The position numbers were made by a program, and so were the translations under genes. From an uncultured Acidobacteriota bacterium (lineage in GTDB: Bacteria > Acidobacteriota > Thermoanaerobaculia > Gp7-AA8), in the NCBI GenBank assembly GCA_963822445.1, contig CAWGHO010000001.1, forward strand, positions 992,001 through 1,056,000: DNA of 64,000 nucleotides, given 5' to 3'. Below are positions 19,600 through 29,379 of this stretch, piece by piece (the stretch's first letter is position 1; the number at the start of each line of letters is the position of its first letter). Under the pieces are notes generated by a model. The model did no database searches. It saw nothing but the letters and a program-made list of their open reading frames with translations, and was not told the origin of the DNA.

Positions 19600-20351
19600 G
19601 AGAGTTGGCGATCGTGCTCGTGCTGGAGGAAGGCGCGGGTGGCCGGATGTTGCGGTCGTGTCAACACTTCGCGGGCGTCGCCCTCTTCGGCGACCTCTCC
19701 TTCCGCGAGGATGACCACGCGCGTTGCGAATTCGCGGGCGAAGTCGTCGTCGTGCGTCGTCACGACCAAAGTACGGCCCTCGGCGGTGAGTTGTCGCAGG
19801 GTCTGGCCCAGCTCGAAGCGCCGCGCGGGATCGAGCGACGCCGTCGGCTCGTCCATGAGCAGCAGAGGCGGATCCATGGCCATGGCCCGGGCGATGGCCA
19901 CGCGCTGGGCCTCCCCGCCGGACAACTCGCGCGGATACGCGTTGCGCCGATGCGCGACGCCGAGCGATTCGAGGAGCTGCGTGGCCTTGCCGTCGGCATC
20001 CTCGCGTGACACCCGCGCGACCTGCACAGGCGCGAGCGTCACGTTGTCCAGCGCGGTCAGGTGCTCGAACAGCGAATGATGTTGAAAGACAAGCCCGACG
20101 CGGCGGCGCAGATCGCGCAGCGTTGCAGGCGACGGCGCACGACCGGAGTGCAGGACGACTCCGTCGACGTCGATCGTGCCGCCGTCGAACGGCTCGAGGG
20201 CCGTGACGGCGCGAAGGACCGTGGTCTTGCCGCCGCCGGAGAGTCCCATCAACGCGACGATCTCTCCGCGTGCGGCGGTGAAGGTGACTCCGCGGAGGAC
20301 TTCGGTCGCCCCGCGATTGAGGCGGAGGTCGTCGACGCGGAGCACGCTCAT
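19596..20351 (-). CDS. Polar amino acid ABC transporter ATP-binding protein
   Basis: Start MSVLRVDD at 20351; GLSGGGKTT, LSGGEAQR, DEPTASLDP. Confidence 0.9.
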   Translation of the reverse strand: MSVLRVDDLRLNRGATEVLRGVTFTAARGEIVALMGLSGGGKTTVLRAVTALEPFDGGTIDVDGVVLHSGRAPSPATLRDLRRRVGLVFQHHSLFEHLTALDNVTLAPVQVARVSREDADGKATQLLESLGVAHRRNAYPRELSGGEAQRVAIARAMAMDPPLLLMDEPTASLDPARRFELGQTLRQLTAEGRTLVVTTHDDDFAREFATRVVILAEGEVAEEGDAREVLTRPQHPATRAFLQHEHDRQLS

Positions 20352-21832
20352 GGGGTCGCTGCCCTCCAGCGCATTTCCAACGCCCGCGCCGCGCGTGCGA
20401 GCGGCAGGGACATGCAGAGGTAGAGCAGCGCGCAGAGGATTCCGGGGATGACCCAGCTTCCGATGTTCGCGGCGAAGATCTGCGTCTGCTTGGTCAGCTC
20501 GACGACGGTGATGACGGAGACGAGCGACGAATCTTTGAGCAGGGCGACGAAGTCGTTGGTCATCGGCGCGAGCGCGAGGCGGAAGGCCTGCGGTCCGCGG
20601 ATGAAGCGGAAGACCTGAAACTCGCTGAGCCCGAGCGTCCGCGCGGCTTCGAGCTGTCCTCGGCCGACGGCTTCCATCGCGCCGCGATAGATCTCGCTCT
20701 CGTACGCCGCGTAGTTGAGTCCCAATCCAACGAGAGCGGCGACGAACGCCGGCAGGCGGATGACCGAGGAAAGGCCGTAATAGATGACGAAGAGCTGCAG
20801 GAGGACCGGCGTGCCGCGGGTGATCTCGACGTACGTCGTGAGAATCGCCCGAACGAGACCGTTTCCGTAGACGCGGCCGGTCGCGACGAGCACGCCGAGG
20901 ACGATGGCCAGGGCCATGGCCAGGCAGGAGAGAACGATGGTGATTGCAGCGGCGCGCAAAAGCGCCGGGAGATAGCGCAAGGTCGCGTTCGCGACCGGTT
21001 GCGGGGTTTCGGGGTTTCGAGGTTGCGGAGTGGTTTCGGGTTCGACGACCTGGGCGAACAACTTTGGCTGGAACTCGTCCCAGATCTCCCACTTTTTGTA
21101 AATCCGCTCGAGCGTTCCGTCCTTCATCCGCGCTTTGAGAATCGCGTTCACTTCGTCGCGGAGCTTCGTGTTTTCTTTGGCGAGGACGGCGATGTAGTGG
21201 CCGGTGGCGATCGGTTTGTCGAAATGCGTGTAGAGGCCGGGCGTGCGGCGCATCGAGCGCATGGCGATGATGTTGTCGAGGAGGACGGCGTCGAGGCGGC
21301 CGGAGACGACGTCTTCGTAGGGATGCACGTCGTCGTCGTACGAAACGGCGGTGATGCCGTGCGTTTTCTCGGCGGCCAGGAGGATGTCGTAGGCGATCGT
21401 GCCGCCGAGGGTGCCGATGCGGCGATTGCGGAGATCGTCGAGGGTCTTGAAACGGTCCTTGTCCGCCTCGCGCACGGTCAGCGCCTCGGTGAACTGGTAG
21501 TACGGAATGGTCGCGGCCAGAGCGGCCCGTCGCGCCGGCGTGTCCTCGACGCCGCTCATGCCGATGTCGAAGTCGCCGCGCTGCACGGACTGATCGATGG
21601 ATGCGAAGGCAACCTGCACGAACTGCGGTTTGCGTCCGAGGCCTTTCGCGATCTCCTCGGCCACCTCGACGTCGAAGCCGGTGACTTTCGAAGGATCGTT
21701 CGGGTCCGCTTCGACGAACGGCGCGCCGCCTTCGGAATCGCCGCCCCAGCGAAGGATCTCCTGCGCGCGCGTGTCAGTTGCGAACAGGAGCAACGCGGCT
21801 GACGCGGCCGTTGCGAATTTCCCAGCCCTCAT
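20348..21832 (-). CDS. Polar amino acid ABC transporter, fused substrate-binding/permease protein
   Basis: SBP family 3 (GFDVEVA) plus permease RGTPVLLQL, AAYESEIYRG, LLKDSSL. Confidence 0.9.
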   Translation of the reverse strand: MRAGKFATAASAALLLFATDTRAQEILRWGGDSEGGAPFVEADPNDPSKVTGFDVEVAEEIAKGLGRKPQFVQVAFASIDQSVQRGDFDIGMSGVEDTPARRAALAATIPYYQFTEALTVREADKDRFKTLDDLRNRRIGTLGGTIAYDILLAAEKTHGITAVSYDDDVHPYEDVVSGRLDAVLLDNIIAMRSMRRTPGLYTHFDKPIATGHYIAVLAKENTKLRDEVNAILKARMKDGTLERIYKKWEIWDEFQPKLFAQVVEPETTPQPRNPETPQPVANATLRYLPALLRAAAITIVLSCLAMALAIVLGVLVATGRVYGNGLVRAILTTYVEITRGTPVLLQLFVIYYGLSSVIRLPAFVAALVGLGLNYAAYESEIYRGAMEAVGRGQLEAARTLGLSEFQVFRFIRGPQAFRLALAPMTNDFVALLKDSSLVSVITVVELTKQTQIFAANIGSWVIPGILCALLYLCMSLPLARAARALEMRWRAATP

Positions 21833-22934
21833 TGAGCGTGAGAGTGTAGCCGTCGCCGCTCGCCGGCACCGTCAGCTTTTTGAAATCGGGCGACATCAGC
21901 GCGCCGCCGGTCACGACAATTTTTCCCCACGTGTCGCGCACTTCCATCGACGGATAGACCGTGCCGTGCTCGCCGAAGGGCTGGACGTTGTTCGGGTCGA
22001 AGGTGAATTGCATCTGATCGAATTCGATGAGCAGCACCGGACCGTCGATGAATTTCGCCTGCAGCTCGGCGAACATCTTCCGCTTCTTCTCGGCCCGTGC
22101 ATCTTCGTCGGCACGTACGACTGCGCCGTCGTACTTTTCAGGATGGAGCGGCGTGTCGGCGATCTTCCAGGCGCGACGCGCGAGCTCGCCGAGGTCGTCC
22201 GCCGCTTTGACGCGGCGGGTCCAGTGCCGATCGCGCGTCTCGATGAGCGCGCCCCACGCCGCGCCGCTGACGTACGCGAACGAACGCGCGAGACGCTCGC
22301 TCCTGTCCGCGGAATTGAGCCGGCGCACGAGCGGGGCGATGCGCTCGGCGAGCTGTGGAATGGCCATGGCGTAGCCGGTGTGCTCGCTGAGGCCTTCGTT
22401 CATCTCCAGCAACCGCTCTTCTTCTGCGGCTCGAGGAAACAGCGATCGGCGCTGCGCGCGAAACGCAAGCGCATCCGCGACGGCATCCGCATCGCCGGTC
22501 GCGAGCGCCCGCGCCAGCGCGCGGAATTCGAGGCGCATCCAGTAACGCGCGTCGGCGGTGTCGAGATGCGCGTTCGCGGGATTCGAGCTCGGCAGGCCGA
22601 GGGCGGGTTGCAGGCGATGGAAGGACTCGTGCGCGAGCAGAGTGCGGCGCGAGATCACGTTCTCCGGCAGAGGCCACATCACCATCGTCCAGCGCTTGCC
22701 ATTCCACTCGACCGCGGTGTTGGCGATGCCAATGGAGTCGGGAATCGTGGCCGGTCCTTCCTTCGTCATGGCCTCGCGCGTGCGCGGGTCGGCGAAGACC
22801 AGCGGACCGCACAGCGAGCGGCCCCACAACCGTCCGTTGTCGCGCGCACACATCGCTTCGAGCTCGGTGAAGGCGCGCTGCGCGCTGCCAACGTCGATGG
22901 ACGCGAGAAGAGCAACCGCGAGCAGTGCCTGCAT
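21774..22934 (-). CDS. Secreted hypothetical protein with HExxH motif
   Basis: Start MQALLAV at 22934; LLAHESFH, MNEGLSEHTG. Confidence 0.7.
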   Translation of the reverse strand: MQALLAVALLASIDVGSAQRAFTELEAMCARDNGRLWGRSLCGPLVFADPRTREAMTKEGPATIPDSIGIANTAVEWNGKRWTMVMWPLPENVISRRTLLAHESFHRLQPALGLPSSNPANAHLDTADARYWMRLEFRALARALATGDADAVADALAFRAQRRSLFPRAAEEERLLEMNEGLSEHTGYAMAIPQLAERIAPLVRRLNSADRSERLARSFAYVSGAAWGALIETRDRHWTRRVKAADDLGELARRAWKIADTPLHPEKYDGAVVRADEDARAEKKRKMFAELQAKFIDGPVLLIEFDQMQFTFDPNNVQPFGEHGTVYPSMEVRDTWGKIVVTGGALMSPDFKKLTVPASGDGYTLTLNEGWEIRNGRVSRVAPVRN

Positions 22935-22967
22935 GGCGATTGGACGATGGCTCGCGGCCGAGGTTAC

Positions 22968-23028
22968 GTGTGGTGCAGGCCTCCGGTCTGCCCTTGGGCG
23001 GGAGGCAGGCCAGAGGCCCGCACCACAC
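22968..23028. repeat. REP-like palindrome
   Basis: gtgtggtgcaggcctccggtctgcc..ggcaggccagaggcccgcaccacac. Confidence 0.75.
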
Positions 23029-23043
23029 CGATACACTACCCCC

Positions 23044-23802
23044 ATGGAACTGCCCGACCTCCGGCTCGCGCTCGAGCTGGCTGAAGCCGCCGACGAGATC
23101 ACCATGAAGCACTTCCGCCTGGCTTCACTGGAAGTGCGCACGAAATCCGACGCGTCGCCGGTCACCGAAGCCGACGAGGCCGTGGAGCGCATGATCCGCG
23201 ACCGCCTCTCGCGCGAGCGCCCCGACGACGGCATCCTCGGCGAGGAATTCGGAACGTCCGGCAGTGCCGCGCGGCGCTGGATCATCGACCCGATCGACGC
23301 CACGAAGAACTACATCCGCGGCATCCCCATCTTCGCCACGCTGATCGGGCTCGAGGAAAACGGCCAGATCGTCACCGGCGTCGTCTCCGCCCCCGCCCTC
23401 GGCCGCCGCTGGTCGGCATCGAAGGGCAATGGCGCGTTCTGCAACGGCATGGCCATTCGCGTCTCCGAGGCAGCCACGCTCGAGGAAGCGCAAATCGGCT
23501 ACGACGGTCCCACGGACTTTGATCCGTTCGAAACGACGGACAACTTCATGAAGCTCGTCCGCCGCTGCGGCCGTGCGCGCGGATTCGGCGACTTCTGGAT
23601 TCACATGCTCGTCGCCGAAGGGGCCATCGACATCGCCATCGAGCCGCGCGTCGCACCGTGGGACATGGCCGCGGTGCAGGTGATCGTCGAAGAAGCCGGC
23701 GGCCGTTTCAGCGATCTGCGCGGCGACGCTCGTTACGATGGCGGCAACGCGCTCTCGACGAACGGGGCGCTGCACGGTGCGGTGCTGGAGCACTTCCGAT
23801 GA
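23044..23802 (+). CDS. hisN: Histidinol-phosphatase, inositol monophosphatase family
   Basis: KSDASPVTEAD, GEE, WIIDPIDATKNY, PWDMAA. Confidence 0.75.
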   Translation: MELPDLRLALELAEAADEITMKHFRLASLEVRTKSDASPVTEADEAVERMIRDRLSRERPDDGILGEEFGTSGSAARRWIIDPIDATKNYIRGIPIFATLIGLEENGQIVTGVVSAPALGRRWSASKGNGAFCNGMAIRVSEAATLEEAQIGYDGPTDFDPFETTDNFMKLVRRCGRARGFGDFWIHMLVAEGAIDIAIEPRVAPWDMAAVQVIVEEAGGRFSDLRGDARYDGGNALSTNGALHGAVLEHFR

Positions 23803-24368
23803 CCGAACAGGTGATGGTCGTGGAGCGCGAGCACATCGCGGACTATCTCGTGGAACGCGGTCTGATCACCGAGCACACGGAAGTCCTGCTCGACACGATT
23901 TACGACCGCCACTTTTTCATCGATCGCCCGACGGCCGAGGTTTCGCCGCAGTACAAGCAGATCATCCCGTACGTGCTGATCCGTCGCGGGCAGTCGTGGT
24001 ACCTGCTGCAGCGCACGCAGAAGCAGACCGAGGCCCGTCTCCATCACAAGCTCTCCCTCGGCATCGGCGGTCACATCAACCCCGACACGCCGGACCTCAT
24101 CGACGGACTACAGAAAGAGTTGGAAGAAGAAGTCGGCGTGAGCGGCGACTACGAGCTGACATTCATCGGTATCCTCAACGACGACACCACCGAGGTCGGC
24201 AGCGTGCACCTCGGCGCGGTGTTCGTGCTCGATCTGGAGCAGGGGGACGTCGAAGTGCGCGAGACGGAAAAGATGAGCGGGCGGTGGGTGGCGCACGACG
24301 AGCTGGCGTCGCTGCGCGAGCAGATGGAGACGTGGACGCAGATCGTTTATGACGAGTACGTGGCATGA
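23799..24368 (+). CDS. NUDIX-family hydrolase/phosphoesterase
   Basis: YKQIIPY, SLGIGGHIN, KELEEEVG, VGSVHLG. Confidence 0.8.
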   Translation: MTEQVMVVEREHIADYLVERGLITEHTEVLLDTIYDRHFFIDRPTAEVSPQYKQIIPYVLIRRGQSWYLLQRTQKQTEARLHHKLSLGIGGHINPDTPDLIDGLQKELEEEVGVSGDYELTFIGILNDDTTEVGSVHLGAVFVLDLEQGDVEVRETEKMSGRWVAHDELASLREQMETWTQIVYDEYVA

Positions 24369-24889
24369 CGGACAACATCCTCTGGCGCTGGCTCGATCGT
24401 GAAGGCCACGAAGCGGCGAAGCTCGACGGCCGCATGCTGCGCGGCGCGGCGGCGCTGAAGAACGGCGGCGACGGATGCGCTCTCGTCTACACGATCATTT
24501 GCGATGACCAGTGGCATACCCGGAGCGCGCAGGTCGGCGGCTTCGTCGGCGAACGCGATCTCACGATCCAGATCAGCGCGGAGAACGGCCGCTGGACGAT
24601 GAACGGCGAGCACGTCCCGGCGGTCGATGGCTGCATCGACATCGATCTGAATTTCAGCCCATCCACGAACCTCTTGCCGATTCGCCGATTGAACTTGAGC
24701 GTCGGGGAGGAGGCGAGCGTCCGCGCGGCATGGCTGCGTTTTCCCACGTTCACGCTCGAGCCGCTCGATCAGAGTTACCGCCGTCTCACCGAGAACACCT
24801 ACCGATACAAAAGCGCCTCGTTCACCGCGGAGATCACGGTGAACGAGGCGGGGTTGGTGCTCGAGTACGGCGTCTGGAAAGCGGTTTAG
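24365..24889 (+). CDS. Putative glycolipid-binding domain protein
   Basis: GCIDIDLNFSPSTNLLPIRRL, QSYRR, GLVLEY. Confidence 0.8.
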   Translation: MTDNILWRWLDREGHEAAKLDGRMLRGAAALKNGGDGCALVYTIICDDQWHTRSAQVGGFVGERDLTIQISAENGRWTMNGEHVPAVDGCIDIDLNFSPSTNLLPIRRLNLSVGEEASVRAAWLRFPTFTLEPLDQSYRRLTENTYRYKSASFTAEITVNEAGLVLEYGVWKAV

Positions 24890-27800
24890 CGGCCGGCGAA
24901 GAACACCGGGTCGCCGGAGAGGTTGTCGACCATCGAGCCGTAGGCGAAGAGCTTCGCGTTGCCGTCGCCGCGCAGAGCGAGCGTGAAGTTGCCGGTCGAC
25001 TGCGAGAGGTTCGGGAACAGGCTGCTGATCGAAGCCTGGGCCTGGCCGCCCGCGGCGAGCGTGTACTGCGTCGACGCGAGCTCGGTTCCGGACGGCGAGA
25101 GCACGATCACCGAGAACGTCTCGGTAGCACCGCCGCCGTTCACGAAGCCGACGTTCGAGCGATAGCTGCCGTCGGAGCGCAGGCCGGGCACGAACACTTC
25201 GTTCGCGAAGGACGCGACCGGGTCGATCGACTGGCCGAACGTGCCATGAGTCTCGGTGGAGGTGTAGGTGCGGCTGGTGACGATGGGACCGGTGTCGCCG
25301 TTGGTCCAGGTCATGGTCAACGCGCCCTGGCCCGAGGTCAGACCGAACTCGGAGAGCACGTCATCGAGGACGGCGGTGTCGCGCGAGCCGAGAGCAAACG
25401 ACTTCGTGTCGCCGCCGTAGCCGACAGTCAGAGTCAGGCTGCCGGACGTCGGATTGAAGACCGAGACGTCGCTGCGCCAGAACGTGCCGTTTGCGCCGGG
25501 CGAGCGGCCGACGATGGGAAGGGTCAGCGATCCGTCCGTCGACGTCGGCACGGCCTGCACGTAAATCGGATCCTGCGTGTCGTTGTCGATCACGGACGCG
25601 TACGCGCTGATCGAATCCGCCGACGCGGCCACGAGCCGCATCGAGAGCACGTCGTACGACCGATCGGCGATGTCGGGGAAGAACGACGCCAGCGGTGCCT
25701 GCTGGAAGTTGTGCGCCGGCACGGTGACGTTCGCCGTGCCGAGGATCGTGCCGTTGGGGCTGTAGAGCGTGAGCGTGGTGGCCATGTCCGACGCGCCGCG
25801 GTTCACGAGCCCAACGTTCGTGCGGAAGCGCGCGTTCGACTGCATGCCGGTGATGTAGAGCGTCTTGTCGAGCGAGACCACGTCCGGTACGGCCTGACCG
25901 TACGTGCCGCGCGAGCCGTTGGTGTAGGTGCGGCTGCTGACGCGAAGCTGCGCGCTCGTGCTGGCGCTGGTGGCCTCGATGGCCACCGCTCCGGCGCCGT
26001 TGGGAACGCCGAACAGCTCGAGGAGCGTGTTCGCGTACGTAACGGACTGATTGGGCGACAGGAAGATGTCGCGCGAGATCGCAGTGCCGCCCGCGCCGGG
26101 GATGAAGAGCAGGGTCACGTTCGCGCCCTGCGTACCGGCGTTGAAGACGCTCAGCTCCGTGCGCCAGGCCGTCCCGCCGACGCCGTTCGTCTGCGTGGTC
26201 ACCGAGACCAGCGAGCGATGCGGCGTGTTCGCGGTAACGGAAACCTGCTTCGAGATCGTGCCCGAGTTGGCGCCGTTCGACGCGGTCAGGCTGACGGTGT
26301 ACGTGCCCGGCGACGCGAAGGTGATGGCCGGATTCCGCGAGGTGGACGTGCGTCCGTCGCCGAACGACCACGACCATTGCGTCGGGTCGCCGGTCGAGCG
26401 ATCGGTGAAGCTCACGCTCGAGCCGACCGTCGGCCTCGCCGGCGAGAAGTCGAAGTCGGCGACGACAGGCGGCGTGACCGGCGCGGGATTGTTCACGGTG
26501 ATGGTCTTCGTGACCGTCGCCGACTCGGCATTGCGGAACACAGTCAGGGTGACGGTGTAGGTCGACGCGGTCGAGTAGCTCTTCGACGGATTCTGGCCGT
26601 TCGCAGTCTGGCCGTCGCCGAACACCCAGCGCCACGAGGTCACACCGCCCGTCGATTCATCGACGAAGTTGACGGTGTCGTTCGTGGTCGGATTCGCCGG
26701 CGTGAAGCTGAACGCGGCCTCGAGCGGGCCGGTGACGTTGATGGTCTGCGAGGTTTCGAGCGTGCTTCCGCCGCCGGTCACGGTCAGCGTGACGGTGTAG
26801 CGGCCGGACCGCGCGTAAATCTTGTTCGCGACGGCGGCCGTCGAGGTCGTGCCATCGCCGAAGTTCCAGAGCCGCGAGGAAGCGCCGCGCGATTCGTCGT
26901 AGAACGTGAAGGTCGTGACGCCGGCCGTTCCCGTTTGCGGCGTGAAGCTGAAGCCGACGGTGAGCGTCGTGCCGGTGATGGTGACCGTGGCGGTGTTCGA
27001 CTGTCCCGAGGCGCCATTCGCGTTGAATGCCGTGACGTAGAGGCGATGCGTGCCCGCGCCGATGCCGTTCAGCGTCGCGCGGGTCGAGTTCGCGGCGACG
27101 TCGGTGACCTTCGTGAAGGCGGCGTTGTTCGTCGACAGATAGATGGAGAAGCCGGTCTCGTTGTTGGAGTTGTCGAACCATTCCACGGTGATGGAGCTGG
27201 CCGAGGATGTGGCACCGACTCCCGACGGCGCGGCCGGCACCTGCGGTGGCGGCGGCGTAACGCTGCCGTTCGGATAGAGCCAGCGCGCGGCGATCTGATC
27301 GTCTTCCTTCAGCGAAGGACCGCGGCCGGTGACGTTCGCGTACATGAGCGCCGTTGCATCGGGGCTGTGTCCGAATCCGAGGGTGTGGCCGAATTCGTGG
27401 GAGATGATTTCGGCGAGACGGCTCGAGCCGATGCCGTTCGTTGGCGTCACGCCGTCCTGAATGGTCAGGTTTCCTTCGATGATGCTGACCGCGCGCATCG
27501 TTCCCTGCGGATGCGCCGCATCGAAGGCAAACGGCGAGGTCCAGTTTGCGCTCCCGCTGATGCCGTTGAATCCGCCCGTGCCGACCACGCCGCCCGCTCC
27601 ACGCGAAAAGGTCCCGGCAATCTCGCTGAGCGGATCGTCGAAGAGCACTTCATTGGCGCTGTTGCGGCTGGACAGTCCGCCGAACGAGCCGCTGCGCGTT
27701 CCGGCGTAGTTGTAGAGGATTTTGGCCTGCTCGTAACTGGTCCAGGCTTCCATCGCCGTCCGCAGCTCGTTGACGCCGCCGCCGGTGTAGCCGGTCTGCG

Positions 27801-28500
27801 TTCCGCCGCTGTACCAGTTCGCGGTGTTGCCGCTGTCGAACATCGCCCAGCGGTAAACGGTCGGCTCGGAGAGCAGGGTGAAGTTCGATTCGATGCCGCG
27901 GCCGGAGGTCTCGCGCGCGAGCACGGGGTTGGCGATGCCGTAGTTCTTGAGACCTTCGCGGCCGGCGACGCGCTCCTTGATGAACTGCTCGAACTTCGTC
28001 GCTTCGCGCTGCACGTTCGCGGCGACGATCGGCTGGAAGTCGTGATCGAGAAGTGTGACCGGCTCCGCGGCGTCGTTCCGCAGCCAGAGCTGGCGGCCAT
28101 CGGTCATCGCGGCCCTGACGAACTTGCCGACGAAGAGATCCATCGTGCGATAGCCGCCCTGCGGCGCCGGCTCGAGAAAGAGCAGCACGCGCTCGCCGTC
28201 TTTGAATTCAGGCGTTCCGAAGACTCTCGTGATTTTTCCGTTCAGCTCGCCGCCGATCTCGCGGACGACGATGGTGGTTTCGGCAGTGCCCTTCAGCGTG
28301 CGCTCGACGGCGACCACGGTCTCCGTCCAGATCCGTCCGTCGCGCTCGATGGCTGACGTGGAAACGACGCGCCCTTCGACGATGACCGGTGTCTTGCCGA
28401 TGAGCTGCTCGTCGGCGGGCATGACGATGGTCGTCGCGTTAGCGAGCGCGGCAAACAGGAAAAGGGCACACGTCAGCCCGTACACCTTGAATCGTTTCAA
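24886..28500 (-). CDS. Secreted matrixin-type zinc metalloprotease with FN3, three PKD domains and a repeated C-terminal domain
   Basis: HEFGHTLGFGHS..ALM; APS..W.DNS.NETGF (FN3); W.FGDG three times. Confidence 0.85.
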   Translation of the reverse strand: MKRFKVYGLTCALFLFAALANATTIVMPADEQLIGKTPVIVEGRVVSTSAIERDGRIWTETVVAVERTLKGTAETTIVVREIGGELNGKITRVFGTPEFKDGERVLLFLEPAPQGGYRTMDLFVGKFVRAAMTDGRQLWLRNDAAEPVTLLDHDFQPIVAANVQREATKFEQFIKERVAGREGLKNYGIANPVLARETSGRGIESNFTLLSEPTVYRWAMFDSGNTANWYSGGTQTGYTGGGVNELRTAMEAWTSYEQAKILYNYAGTRSGSFGGLSSRNSANEVLFDDPLSEIAGTFSRGAGGVVGTGGFNGISGSANWTSPFAFDAAHPQGTMRAVSIIEGNLTIQDGVTPTNGIGSSRLAEIISHEFGHTLGFGHSPDATALMYANVTGRGPSLKEDDQIAARWLYPNGSVTPPPPQVPAAPSGVGATSSASSITVEWFDNSNNETGFSIYLSTNNAAFTKVTDVAANSTRATLNGIGAGTHRLYVTAFNANGASGQSNTATVTITGTTLTVGFSFTPQTGTAGVTTFTFYDESRGASSRLWNFGDGTTSTAAVANKIYARSGRYTVTLTVTGGGSTLETSQTINVTGPLEAAFSFTPANPTTNDTVNFVDESTGGVTSWRWVFGDGQTANGQNPSKSYSTASTYTVTLTVFRNAESATVTKTITVNNPAPVTPPVVADFDFSPARPTVGSSVSFTDRSTGDPTQWSWSFGDGRTSTSRNPAITFASPGTYTVSLTASNGANSGTISKQVSVTANTPHRSLVSVTTQTNGVGGTAWRTELSVFNAGTQGANVTLLFIPGAGGTAISRDIFLSPNQSVTYANTLLELFGVPNGAGAVAIEATSASTSAQLRVSSRTYTNGSRGTYGQAVPDVVSLDKTLYITGMQSNARFRTNVGLVNRGASDMATTLTLYSPNGTILGTANVTVPAHNFQQAPLASFFPDIADRSYDVLSMRLVAASADSISAYASVIDNDTQDPIYVQAVPTSTDGSLTLPIVGRSPGANGTFWRSDVSVFNPTSGSLTLTVGYGGDTKSFALGSRDTAVLDDVLSEFGLTSGQGALTMTWTNGDTGPIVTSRTYTSTETHGTFGQSIDPVASFANEVFVPGLRSDGSYRSNVGFVNGGGATETFSVIVLSPSGTELASTQYTLAAGGQAQASISSLFPNLSQSTGNFTLALRGDGNAKLFAYGSMVDNLSGDPVFFAGR

Positions 28501-28529
28501 CTGGTCTGGCCTCCCGAAAGTTATTCGGT

Positions 28530-29378
28530 CTAACGAGCCGCCTCGGACAACTCATTCCGCACGCGATCCTCGAAGCGTCTCTCGGCGGCCGTGACGAACC
28601 GGTGATAACCCTCACTGTCGATGAAAGGGTTCACCCTTTGGTACGGGCCGAGGGACTTCATCTTCCCCGCCAGGTCGAAGAAGTTGCCGTGGGAGGCCAG
28701 GAAGATATCGCAGCGGAGGGCGTGGAGCGTCGCGAACTGGCGCCGGTAGTCCTCCACGGCGTTGGGATAGCGGGGATTGTCGGTCAGGCGGTACTCGGAA
28801 GGGACGCTGGGACTGCCGAGGAAGACCACGTCGAGGTCGCCGACGCGCATGGTCCAGCTCGTACAGCCGCGGGTGTGGCCGGGAGTGATGTGCGCGGTCA
28901 GGGTCGTGCCGCCCAGGGAGATCTGCTGCTTGTCATCGAGGATCCTGTCGGCGCGGACGGGCGGGAAGGGGAACCGGTTGCCGAACTGCGGATCGTCGAG
29001 CCCGCCGCGCGCGAGCATCGGCAGATCGCCCGCGGTCGCGTAGAACGTCGCGCCCGTCACGCGCTTGAGCTCGGCAAGGCCGCCGGCATGATCGTAGTGA
29101 GCGTGGCTGCTGAGGAGGATCTTCACGTCCTCGACTTTGAATCCGAGGCTGCGGATGTTCGCCATGATCATCGGAGCCGTCTCTTCGAATCCGCCGTCGA
29201 GCACGATGTGCCCTCCGGGCGTGGTGACGAGGTACGAGGTGACGTCCGACGCGCCGACGTAATAGAGGTTGCCGGCGATGCGGAATGGTTCGACGGGCTG
29301 GTTCCAGGATCGCGAGACGGGGTCTTTCTGCGCGAGGAGCGGCGCGGCGATCAGGAGCAGCGGAAGGAAGCGGCGCAT
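28530..29378 (-). CDS. Subclass B3 metallo-beta-lactamase
   Basis: Start at 29378; PFRIAGNLYYVG, SHAHYDHAGG, TPGHTRGCTSW, FLASH. Confidence 0.88.
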   Translation of the reverse strand: MRRFLPLLLIAAPLLAQKDPVSRSWNQPVEPFRIAGNLYYVGASDVTSYLVTTPGGHIVLDGGFEETAPMIMANIRSLGFKVEDVKILLSSHAHYDHAGGLAELKRVTGATFYATAGDLPMLARGGLDDPQFGNRFPFPPVRADRILDDKQQISLGGTTLTAHITPGHTRGCTSWTMRVGDLDVVFLGSPSVPSEYRLTDNPRYPNAVEDYRRQFATLHALRCDIFLASHGNFFDLAGKMKSLGPYQRVNPFIDSEGYHRFVTAAERRFEDRVRNELSEAAR

Positions 29379-29379
29379 T

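Noticed and set aside
24511-28356. 1281-aa plus-strand ORF
   Set aside because: Antisense shadow of the PKD/metalloprotease gene, typical of high-GC DNA; no motifs. The same applies to other long overlapping ORFs (11317-13581, 61594-63738, 54047-55846)
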